Positions 9,415 to 18,202 of a stretch of 60,974 nt of DNA are shown one piece after another. Source of the stretch: Candidatus Geothermarchaeota archaeon. Its GTDB lineage: Archaea > Thermoproteota > Nitrososphaeria > Geothermarchaeales > JDFR-13. The stretch is taken from assembly GCA_015523725.1 (NCBI GenBank), contig WAJV01000036.1, positions 1-60,974 on the forward strand, given 5' to 3'. A model generated the notes under the pieces. That model saw only the letters and a list, made by a program, of their open reading frames with translations, did no database searches and was not told the DNA's origin. How positions within the stretch are numbered: the first letter of the stretch is position 1; each line of letters opens with the position of its first letter. The translations under genes were made by a program, and so were the position numbers.

Positions 9415-10443
9415 ATGGCTAGTGCACCAATATTCCTTAGAATTCCGATTGTTTTTGAAAAAAGGGTGGGTGATGTTTGGAGAGGTAAAAGGTATAGTGA
9501 GATTCTTAGAATTTTTAATAATAGTATGGATGGTAAAAGGTATAGACATGGTTATAGGACATATATTGTATATGCAATATTTGAGATTGGGGTTGTATCG
9601 GAGAAATATAAGACTATTAGGGAGAGTATGTATGGTTTTGGGAGGGAATTCATTATAAGTAAGGAAGTTAATGGTGTTAGTAGGCTTAGGAAATTTTTCT
9701 TGAATATGATTTCTTTTGTTGAAAGAAGGTTCCTTAAGAAATATGGAATTGATGAGAAATGGATTATGGATAAAATACTTTCTAGGAGGCCGATTGTTAG
9801 ACTGAACAATTATTATTTTAAAGTGTATTTAGAGGAGCTTGAGAAAGGCTTATTCGATGGTTTGAAGGCGAATGATCTAAATAAGGTTAGGGAGTATGTG
9901 AGAAAGAGTATTTTCTTTGGGGTGGAAGTTTTTCTATTACTAAACTGGTATATAACCCTCTTTTCATACATAGTTACTTATTTGAGTAAGATAATTAGTG
10001 AGGATAGGATATTAGATGTTCTATATGATAATAGATATGTTGATAAGGTAATTTTTTTGTTGGATGAAGTTGTTAGATTTTTCGGTGTTGATTTGGCTGA
10101 TTTCTTAACTAACTATCCATTGAAGAATTTTGTTAGGAGTCTAGATTTCAATGAGAAAGTTTCTAAGCGAGATGGGGCTGTTATATGGGTAGGGTATTTT
10201 AGTTTATGTTGGAATCGATTTATCCATATGAATATGTTTAAATATGGTTTAGTAGATCGTCATTATCCTACTATTATGTGCAAGTTATGTATCTCTGATT
10301 TTGAATCTATATATTCCAGTTTTGATAGTAATTTTAAATCTGTGACAATTGATTTTGAGCTGCCTAATAATCATATGTGTGCTGTATCGATAGAGGCTGT
10401 ATATAAGGAAGGTTACAGTGAGGCGACTGCCGATAAAAATTGA
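9415..10443 (+). CDS. Hypothetical protein (no recognisable domain)
   Basis: Long clean ORF with purine-rich sense strand like neighbouring genes. TTTTATATAT lies ~40 nt upstream. I recognise no motif. Confidence 0.5.
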   Translation: MASAPIFLRIPIVFEKRVGDVWRGKRYSEILRIFNNSMDGKRYRHGYRTYIVYAIFEIGVVSEKYKTIRESMYGFGREFIISKEVNGVSRLRKFFLNMISFVERRFLKKYGIDEKWIMDKILSRRPIVRLNNYYFKVYLEELEKGLFDGLKANDLNKVREYVRKSIFFGVEVFLLLNWYITLFSYIVTYLSKIISEDRILDVLYDNRYVDKVIFLLDEVVRFFGVDLADFLTNYPLKNFVRSLDFNEKVSKRDGAVIWVGYFSLCWNRFIHMNMFKYGLVDRHYPTIMCKLCISDFESIYSSFDSNFKSVTIDFELPNNHMCAVSIEAVYKEGYSEATADKN

Positions 10444-10459
10444 GTCTATGCTAGAGTTG

Positions 10460-11785
10460 TTATATGGTTATTAGGGGTTTCATTGCTAGTAGTTTCTCTA
10501 TGTGTTGGCATGGTCTTTTCTCAAAACATTCTCCAATTGTTCTGCATGTGGGTAAGCTATATTTACCTAATTTTTTATTTATTTTTGTTATTTGCCTAGA
10601 TATGTCTGACATTATCATGCGGATCTCCCACTGGGCTCTTAGGCATCGTCTCAAAGGAATCGCACCTACATAGTTCCATCCATCGATTCTAATAAGATCA
10701 TATACGGTGTGTGCATGGGATACAATTCCAATAATTATTTTTTCTGGGTAGCTTTCTCTATATTCTTTATATATGTTATATGTTTCTTCAATATATTTCT
10801 TGAAGGGTTTTTCGAGTCCTTTCTTTTGTATGCTTGGGGGAACTATATAATCGAGACGTTCTAGGGCGTGATAAATTGATTCCACATGATGGTTCCAAGT
10901 TCTTTGTCTTACTGCTTGGTGGTATGTGACTAGACTCATTCTTACTAGGAATGTGTAATTTAGATGTTTTAGTATTCCCAAGTATGATTCATCCCCGTAC
11001 TTAATTGCTTTTTTCAATTGTTCTTCGTCGATATCTATTGGTTCATTATAGCTTATCAGAGAGACTTTATTTTTACCATATTTCTTTATTAAGTCTTTAA
11101 TGTAGTTGTATTTTGAAAATAGGTTTGGCGCCGGATAATAACGTATTTTAACGTAATTTGCACCCCTATCTTTTATTAGTTCTTTATCTACTTGTGATAA
11201 TGCTGTTTCGATTACTTTTCTGTTAATTGGTGGTGTATCTTTTTCTCTTGCCATTAGGTATATATGTGTATACTCTCTCATATTGCCTACAGTTAAAATA
11301 TTTGTAACAGTGTATAGTGGAATCACGAATCTTGCGTCTTCTTTTGGTACTCCCTTCTCAACCAATTCATAATAAAGATAAATACCATATTTCATATTCT
11401 CGATGATCTTTTTCTCACTCCTCAATTCATTTGGAATGTATATTCCATAGGGTTCTACATATCTCATTGACTGTTGTAGATGACTTAAGTAGGGGGGTGA
11501 TACGAGGAATAGTGTGGTTAGGCGAGGAACTTCTTTAAATATAAATGTGTAAATTGCCTGGTCCAATACGTCTATATGGCCACTCCCGATGGTAACATCT
11601 AATATGCGGTTTATATATTCATTTAATTTTCCTTCTTTCTTGGCTTCTATGTATAATTGGTATGGATCGGCCTTTTTTATTGTTCCTCTGGCGCCAAAAG
11701 CAACTAATTCTTTAGGTCCTAATTCTTTCCCTCTGGTTTCGGCGATTAATTTTACTTCAGGGTTTTCAATTATTTTTATTTTCAT
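10460..11785 (-). CDS. Tandem ThyX-fold protein (two FAD-dependent thymidylate synthase-like domains, signature motifs degenerate)
   Basis: Domain 1: GSGHIDVLDQAIYTFIFK..SMRYV and GVPKEDARFVIPL, with the RHR position replaced by VSP. Domain 2: NYTFLVRMSLVTYHQAVRQRTWNHHVES (RQRx7S instead of RHRx7S) and LRAQWEIR. Confidence 0.65.
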   Translation of the reverse strand: MKIKIIENPEVKLIAETRGKELGPKELVAFGARGTIKKADPYQLYIEAKKEGKLNEYINRILDVTIGSGHIDVLDQAIYTFIFKEVPRLTTLFLVSPPYLSHLQQSMRYVEPYGIYIPNELRSEKKIIENMKYGIYLYYELVEKGVPKEDARFVIPLYTVTNILTVGNMREYTHIYLMAREKDTPPINRKVIETALSQVDKELIKDRGANYVKIRYYPAPNLFSKYNYIKDLIKKYGKNKVSLISYNEPIDIDEEQLKKAIKYGDESYLGILKHLNYTFLVRMSLVTYHQAVRQRTWNHHVESIYHALERLDYIVPPSIQKKGLEKPFKKYIEETYNIYKEYRESYPEKIIIGIVSHAHTVYDLIRIDGWNYVGAIPLRRCLRAQWEIRMIMSDISRQITKINKKLGKYSLPTCRTIGECFEKRPCQHIEKLLAMKPLITI

Positions 11786-12502
11786 TTATTTCCCCCTTTT
11801 AGCGGATATGAGTAGATCAGCGAATTCGAGGAAGCCTTGTGAGTATGGATTCTTTGTTATGTAATTAGCCACTTTTTTCAGCTCATCTGGTGAATTTTGG
11901 AGTGCTACGCCGAATCCAACTTCTTTTAACATTGGAATATCGAGTTCACTGTCTCCTATTGCAGCCATGTATTCGGTTGGTATATTGATTAATTCTGAAA
12001 TTTTTTCAACCGCTGTGCCTTTATTTATTCCTTTTGGATGTATATGGTAAGCGAATTTACTATCTAATATTTCTACTTCAAATTTTTCTACGATTTTTTC
12101 TATTTCTTCTTTTGGTATCGTGGGTCTTATTGCTATATCAATGTGTCTATATAGGTTTGACCAACTCTCTTTAATACGGTTATAATATCTTCTTCTTAAT
12201 TCTTGCAATGCTTTCTTTGTTTTCTCTTCTTCTCCAAATATATAGATTTCTTCTAGTAATTCTATTACGCATCCCGATTCAGCTATGACTGGGCCCGAGG
12301 CTCCAATGTATAGTGAGAGGCCTTTAGTTACTGGGAGTGCATTGCCGCTTGCTAATGACACCATGACTCCGCTTCTCTCTAATTCACGTATTTTATATAT
12401 AGTTTCTGGATCTAGGAATCCTTTATCATCCGTAATCGTTCCATCTATATCAACTATTAACACATCTATGTCTTTTAGCGGGTCCATGTATTTTTTATTC
12501 AA
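11786..12502 (-). CDS. Phosphoglycolate phosphatase-type HAD-IIB hydrolase
   Basis: LIVDIDGTITD nucleophile motif, SGN, and GDSELDIPM. Size and architecture match archaeal PGP. Confidence 0.7.
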   Translation of the reverse strand: MNKKYMDPLKDIDVLIVDIDGTITDDKGFLDPETIYKIRELERSGVMVSLASGNALPVTKGLSLYIGASGPVIAESGCVIELLEEIYIFGEEEKTKKALQELRRRYYNRIKESWSNLYRHIDIAIRPTIPKEEIEKIVEKFEVEILDSKFAYHIHPKGINKGTAVEKISELINIPTEYMAAIGDSELDIPMLKEVGFGVALQNSPDELKKVANYITKNPYSQGFLEFADLLISAKRGK

Positions 12503-13523
12503 GTCGCCTCCTCTCCTTTATCCAATTTATTACATTTGTCTCCAACGGTTTTCTCCGAGTTAGGTACGCTAGATATATTGTAGCCATATCCAATATCAAT
12601 ATTCCTCTTAATAGATATTCCAGATATTCGTTTGCCTCGATTACTATCTCATAATATTCTATGTCCTTTTCTTCAAGATAATTCTTCAAATAAATAAATT
12701 CATCTTCTTCTCTTTCCCATCTTATTATTAATGGGAGAAGAACGGGATCTATTTGATAATCAAAGATCTCCACTTCATTGTGATATCCTTCTGGAAATAT
12801 TTGGTAATATCCACTTAGTTTGGCATTCTCATTTATCATTGCCTTAACCCTTTTTAATATTGGTTCTGTTATATCAGTTCCATAAAATATTGGATATCTA
12901 CCCCATATATGGTAAGCAATTTTGTATGCCCTATTTTCTTTATTCTCTATGTAATTTTCTCTAGCATCTCCCTTCAGTAGCTTACCTATTTTAATGATAG
13001 TATTTTGTAAATTATCTTTAGTTGTTGGTTCAAATAGTTTTAACGTTGCACCTAATAATTGCGGGAGTCCGCTTCTAGGAGCTAATGCTGGCTTTACTTT
13101 GATAATATTGGTATTAAATTTATTAGCCTCTTTTTCCAGGATGCCGCCTGTTGTTATTCCGTATACTTTTTCTCTATTTCCATTATTTTTTAATGTTTTT
13201 CTGAATGCTTCTATAGTCTCTTTAGTGTTTCCAGAAAAACTTATGAATATGATTATATCGTATTTAGATGTATCGTGTGGTAATTTATCTGTTTTTATCA
13301 CATCTATCCAAATGTTGTTAGTAGACTCTATATATTTCTTTATTATATCACCAACTATTCCTGAACCTCCCATTCCCATGATCATTGCCTTCTCAATATT
13401 GTCTTGATGGCTTTTTGTTGATTTATATGATTCAATTAGTCTATCTCCCCATTCCAAATATTCATCTAAAAATCCTTTCTCATCATACCTATTTTTTGCA
13501 TCTAGTATTTCATCCCACTTCAT
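12495..13523 (-). CDS. Bifunctional phosphoglucose/phosphomannose isomerase (SIS domain, crenarchaeal type)
   Basis: GMGGSGIVGD and SFSGNTKETI SIS motifs, ~340 aa. Confidence 0.8.
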   Translation of the reverse strand: MKWDEILDAKNRYDEKGFLDEYLEWGDRLIESYKSTKSHQDNIEKAMIMGMGGSGIVGDIIKKYIESTNNIWIDVIKTDKLPHDTSKYDIIIFISFSGNTKETIEAFRKTLKNNGNREKVYGITTGGILEKEANKFNTNIIKVKPALAPRSGLPQLLGATLKLFEPTTKDNLQNTIIKIGKLLKGDARENYIENKENRAYKIAYHIWGRYPIFYGTDITEPILKRVKAMINENAKLSGYYQIFPEGYHNEVEIFDYQIDPVLLPLIIRWEREEDEFIYLKNYLEEKDIEYYEIVIEANEYLEYLLRGILILDMATIYLAYLTRRKPLETNVINWIKERRRLE

Positions 13524-13659
13524 GTTGGAACCCCATCTGACACTTTATTAATCAATTATTTATTATGTGAATTTAATATAAATGACATATATCGTGTAAT
13601 TTATCAAGTAGTTCATATGATTATTTCATTAATGCATATATTTGGTCGAGGGATTTATT

Positions 13660-15006
13660 ATGAGGTCTGGTAGATATGTATCTATAAAAGTTGAGCCTCC
13701 TGGTCCTAAGGCGCGAGAGGTTATTGAGAAGGATTCTAAGTATTTGATGCAGTCTTATGTAAGATGGTATCCCTTGGTTATAGCTAGGGGGGAAGGAGCT
13801 ATTGTTGAGGATGTAGATGGTAATAGATATATCGATTTTAACTCTGGGTTGGCTGTTTTAAATACAGGTCACTTACCTAGCCCAGTTATTCAGAGAATTA
13901 AAGAGCAGTTGGGGAGGTTTCTGCATTATAGTCTTACAGATTTTTATTATGAATTGGCCCCCATGTATGCAGAGAAATTGATTAATGCTCTAAAGTGGGA
14001 TGGGGGGAAGGTCTTCTTTACCAATAGTGGTGCTGAGTCTATTGAGGCTGGTATAAAAGTCTCTAGGGGATATTTTAAGGGTTCTAGACCATACTTAATA
14101 TCTTTTTTAAATTCTTTTCATGGTAGGACTATGGCTACCTTGACTCTATCAGCTAGTAAGACTATCCATAAGAAATATTTTCATCCACTTCTGCCTGGAG
14201 TGATTCATGTTCCTTATCCCTATCCATATAGATGTCCATTCGGTAGTGAGAATGAAGATGAATGTGCTGAGAGAGTGATCGGTTATATCGAGGACGTGGT
14301 CTTTAAGAAGGTAGTTGATCCCAGTGAGGTGGCTGCATTTTTTATAGAACCTATTCAAGGTGAAGGAGGATATATAGTTCCTCCGAAGAGGTTTATGGAG
14401 ATGTTGCGTAGTTTAACATATAGAAATGGGGTATTACTGGTAGCTGATGAGGTTCAGTCTGGTATGGGTAGGACGGGTGAATTACTAGCTATATATAATT
14501 TTGGTATCAAACCAGATTTAGCGGCGTTGGCTAAAGGAATAGCATCCGGTATTCCTCTTGGTGCATTGGTGGGTGATGGGGATTATATGAGTCTCCCTAA
14601 GGGAAGTCATGCAAACACGTTTGGGGGTAATCCAGTTGCTCTTTCTGCTGCTGATGCAACTCTTGATATGTTATTGGGTGGATTAATGGAGAATGCAAAG
14701 AAGATGGGGACCTATATTAAGACTCGGTTGCTGGAGTTAATGGATTCCAGTCGAATTATAGGAGATGTTAGGGGATTAGGGTTAATGATTGGTGTTGAGA
14801 TTGTCAAGGATAAGGCTAAGAAGGTTCCCGCGCCTGATTTAGTTGAATGGATTATTAATCATTGCTTTAAGCGTGGATTACTTATTATAGGTGGTGGAGA
14901 GTCCTCGTTACGGTTGGCTCCCCCACTAGTGATTAATAGAGATCAGGTTGATGAGGCTATGGAGATCCTGGTTGATGTTATTAGGGAAGCCGAGACTTTG
15001 CTATAA
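13660..15006 (+). CDS. Class III PLP aminotransferase (4-aminobutyrate/acetylornithine aminotransferase-like)
   Basis: NSGAESIE, DEVQSGMGRTG, LAKGIASG (PLP Lys), and THANTFGGNP-like block. ATG 13660 is ~22 nt downstream of GCATATATTT. Confidence 0.85.
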   Translation: MRSGRYVSIKVEPPGPKAREVIEKDSKYLMQSYVRWYPLVIARGEGAIVEDVDGNRYIDFNSGLAVLNTGHLPSPVIQRIKEQLGRFLHYSLTDFYYELAPMYAEKLINALKWDGGKVFFTNSGAESIEAGIKVSRGYFKGSRPYLISFLNSFHGRTMATLTLSASKTIHKKYFHPLLPGVIHVPYPYPYRCPFGSENEDECAERVIGYIEDVVFKKVVDPSEVAAFFIEPIQGEGGYIVPPKRFMEMLRSLTYRNGVLLVADEVQSGMGRTGELLAIYNFGIKPDLAALAKGIASGIPLGALVGDGDYMSLPKGSHANTFGGNPVALSAADATLDMLLGGLMENAKKMGTYIKTRLLELMDSSRIIGDVRGLGLMIGVEIVKDKAKKVPAPDLVEWIINHCFKRGLLIIGGGESSLRLAPPLVINRDQVDEAMEILVDVIREAETLL

Positions 15007-15050
15007 ATATTTATATTTCATGGTTAGTGATGGTGTTTGATTTTTTGTGT

Positions 15051-16607
15051 TTAGTCGCTTGTGATTATAGGTTCTATGGCTATTTTTATACCATATTTTT
15101 TCCTGAGTCTCCTGGCTTTTCCTTTTAGTGCTTTCTTAACCTGTCTATATCCCCAAGTAGGTACGAATAGAATTGCTTGTTTATCGCTAACCATCTTTAT
15201 TTCCATTTCATCCACTATGTCGCCTAATTCATGTCTTATTATTTCTTCAATCGTTGCTGGTGAACCGTATTCATCGATATAAATTTCCTTGCTTTTTCCA
15301 ACTGGAATAACGAATACTCTTCTACCGAATACATAGAATTCATACTCAACTTTCTTTGTAAAGAAGTCCCTGATCTCGACTACTGGTCTAGCTAATTCCT
15401 CTCTTTGTAATCCATATGGAACTCTCGCCGCCATAGAGACTTCATAGACTTTAGCTACTTGACCTCCTTTTAGATAGATTACTGTATCTAGCACACTTGG
15501 TATCATTCCCAACTCGAGTCTTTCAACGAATCTCTGTATGGCATCAATTGCTTTTGCCGCATGGACAACCCCAATCATCCCGACTCCAGCTAACCTAAGA
15601 TCTATGAATAATTTGAAGTCCTCGGTTGTCCTCATTTCATCGAATATTGTGAAATCGGGTCTGGAGAGTAGCATAATGTCATATAGTTCAGTTTGGTCGC
15701 TATAATTTTTGCTGTATTGTGTTATGTCTGGGGGTAATTGGAGGTCCCGTGGGGATTCTATAGTTTTTACTACTTTACCGAGGCTTCTATAAAACTCTGC
15801 CAGTGCTTGACTAAAGGTAGTTTTTCCTTCTCCCGGAGCCCCAGCTATTAATATTCCCTCCGCTCTTTCCTTGAATCTCTTGATTAGTGACTGTGGTAAG
15901 TTGTAGTCATCAAGGGTAAGTCTTTTGATTGGTTTTACAACCGTTATTTCATATCCGTCGCTGAATGGGGGCATGGCTATTACGATTCTATATTGTCTCA
16001 TCTGGATTAATATAACTCCTTTCCCCTTCTTTTCAATAAATGTTTCTTCATCCGATTTTGCGAATTCTATTAATTCATTAATAATTTCTTCCATGTCTTC
16101 CCTAGTCAATATTCTTTCCTCGATGTCGGTGTATATCCATTGGCCAGGCCTACCTTTTTTAGCCCTCGGGTTGACCCCTTCTTTTAGATGTACGGACATC
16201 GTTTCTTCATCGAAATAGCTAATTATTCTTGGGAATGTGGCTTCATGTTCTTTCAATAACTTTGTTCTAGCACCTAATGCTTTTAAGAGTTTTGTTTTTT
16301 CTTCGGATGTGGTCAGTATTTCAGCATCATATTTTTCTGATAACTCTATGATCGTTTTTAGTAAGTCATTTTCTTCAGTGTAAACTATATTTAATTTAAC
16401 GGCGTTTTTCTCCTCGGAGTTTCTTATTGATTCCAATTCTCTCAGTATCTTGTCTTTTCCCATAAAATTACTTTCAGTTCCTTTCTCTAATTCTTTTATG
16501 ATTCTCCAGGGTATAATCAATTCTCCTTTTAATCTTTTTTTCTTTATTTGTTTTGATATTAGACCGCTTTTCAACGCGTCTAATGTCACAATATATTTAT
16601 TCATCAT
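15051..16607 (-). CDS. PilT-family ATPase with N-terminal PIN-like and C-terminal KH-like regions (COG1855-like)
   Basis: Walker A GAPGEGKTTF, FDEMR Walker B context, and a basic C-terminal tail after a KH-like segment. Confidence 0.65.
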   Translation of the reverse strand: MMNKYIVTLDALKSGLISKQIKKKRLKGELIIPWRIIKELEKGTESNFMGKDKILRELESIRNSEEKNAVKLNIVYTEENDLLKTIIELSEKYDAEILTTSEEKTKLLKALGARTKLLKEHEATFPRIISYFDEETMSVHLKEGVNPRAKKGRPGQWIYTDIEERILTREDMEEIINELIEFAKSDEETFIEKKGKGVILIQMRQYRIVIAMPPFSDGYEITVVKPIKRLTLDDYNLPQSLIKRFKERAEGILIAGAPGEGKTTFSQALAEFYRSLGKVVKTIESPRDLQLPPDITQYSKNYSDQTELYDIMLLSRPDFTIFDEMRTTEDFKLFIDLRLAGVGMIGVVHAAKAIDAIQRFVERLELGMIPSVLDTVIYLKGGQVAKVYEVSMAARVPYGLQREELARPVVEIRDFFTKKVEYEFYVFGRRVFVIPVGKSKEIYIDEYGSPATIEEIIRHELGDIVDEMEIKMVSDKQAILFVPTWGYRQVKKALKGKARRLRKKYGIKIAIEPIITSD

Positions 16608-16704
16608 ATCCCATTCATCCTAAAAGGTGGATATTCTGGGGGTATTTAAATCTTTATCCCTAAGATAATCTACTAATACTAAGACTTATCTATCTCCAGA
16701 ATAG

Positions 16705-17799
16705 TCATACTTTATTTAATATTTTAATTAATTCATTTATCATCTTTAATCCATTGCCTGTCAAGACTATTATGGTGTTATCAGATTTGTCTAATACTCC
16801 TTTACTGACTAATTTTTTATAACCTGCATAAGCTACAGCGGAGGTTGGTTCTACGATGAATCCATATTTAATTAGATCCTTTAGGGCTAGGGCTATTTCT
16901 TCATCGTTAACCCATTCGGTATATCCATTGCTATCTTGAATCGCATTAAGTATCTCTTGCTTCCTAGGTGGTCCAGGCACTCGGACACCATCTCCTAATT
17001 TACTCATTCTTGTACTACTTCTGATTTCTTTTAGACGGATATATCCCTCAACCTCTATTGCGTGTAATCTTGGCATGTAATCGATTCTATCCAATTCAAT
17101 TAGTTTTTTAAATCCATTATATATTCCTAGATATAATCCTCCGCTACCCAAGGGAACTATGATATTATCTATATATTCAATTTGGTAAACTAATTCATGT
17201 GCTATTGATTCTAGACCGATGTTGAAGAATGGGTTAATTAAGTGTCCTATGTAGTAATAGTTTTTTTCCTTTGCGTAAGAGATGGCTGACTTGAATGCAC
17301 TTCCTCTATCATTTTCAAGGTGTAGTCTTCCTCCTAGCAATTTTATATATTTCTTTTTGTTTATTGGAGCATCTTTAGGCATGAATATATGTGGATTTAA
17401 TCCATATAATTTACTATAATTAGTAATTGATGCAGCTGCATTTCCTGATGAGTCTTCAACTACTTCTTTATATCCAAATTCATATGCTTTTTCTGTGGCT
17501 ATGGCGGCTCCCCTATCTTTAAATGAGCCTGTTGGATTCAGATAATCCAATTTGAATATTACTGAGTTTATTTTTACTATTGGGGTATCTCCTTCACCAA
17601 GGGATTTAATGATCTTTTTATTGAAGAGGTTAGTTGGTATGTATTTGTATATGCCCGGTAGTTTCTTATCATAGTTTAGGTCTTTATTTTCTATTTTTAG
17701 GTTAAGGGGCTCATTGCATTTAATACATAAAGTGGGATTTATATTAGGTTCATATTCTGATCCGCATTCATTACATACTAATTTTATTGTGTTCATCAT
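16705..17799 (-). CDS. thrC: Threonine synthase-like PLP enzyme with N-terminal zinc ribbon
   Basis: CNECGSEY..CIKCNE ribbon, PLP-lysine motif TGSFKDRG, and a GSGG loop. Confidence 0.7.
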   Translation of the reverse strand: MMNTIKLVCNECGSEYEPNINPTLCIKCNEPLNLKIENKDLNYDKKLPGIYKYIPTNLFNKKIIKSLGEGDTPIVKINSVIFKLDYLNPTGSFKDRGAAIATEKAYEFGYKEVVEDSSGNAAASITNYSKLYGLNPHIFMPKDAPINKKKYIKLLGGRLHLENDRGSAFKSAISYAKEKNYYYIGHLINPFFNIGLESIAHELVYQIEYIDNIIVPLGSGGLYLGIYNGFKKLIELDRIDYMPRLHAIEVEGYIRLKEIRSSTRMSKLGDGVRVPGPPRKQEILNAIQDSNGYTEWVNDEEIALALKDLIKYGFIVEPTSAVAYAGYKKLVSKGVLDKSDNTIIVLTGNGLKMINELIKILNKV

Positions 17800-17821
17800 T
17801 TCTAGTTATTAAATATTCTTT

Positions 17822-17980
17822 TTATACAGTTACTGCTTTAAATTTTATTCTGTCTTCGAGATATGCATTAATTAATAATCTTAGGACTGTTGAGGCTGAT
17901 AAACCCTCTTTTTTTGATTTTTCTTTTAATTTCCTCCACATCTCCTCATCTATTAATATACTTATTCTCCTTTTAGCCAT
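17822..17980 (-). CDS. 52-aa ribbon-helix-helix (CopG/Arc/MetJ-like) DNA-binding protein
   Basis: Below the track size cut-off. My translation is MAKRRISILIDEEMWRKLKEKSKKEGLSASTVLRLLINAYLEDRIKFKAVTV. It shows a classic beta-strand plus two helices pattern. GGTGAT lies 4 nt upstream of the ATG. The stop is 22 nt before the thrC start. Confidence 0.6.
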   Translation of the reverse strand: MAKRRISILIDEEMWRKLKEKSKKEGLSASTVLRLLINAYLEDRIKFKAVTV

Positions 17981-18202
17981 ATACATCACCAACTTAAATA
18001 TTACTGTATTATGTATTTAAAATTTATATAAAATATTATGTACTTATAATACAAAGTCTATGGATTTTTATGATTGTTCATGGTATAGATAAACATATAT
18101 TAGCATATACATTTATATATATCCGGAATTTATATTATTCTGGAGTCTATCTAGTATAAATCCGGCTATATTGTATATAACAAGTGTATTGGGGTGGTTT
18201 GG

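Noticed and set aside
17787-18020. 77-aa + strand ORF in the thrC upstream region.
   Set aside because: Its translation has no features. The opposite strand encodes a well-formed RHH protein with a Shine-Dalgarno-like box (17822-17980), which explains the open frame.
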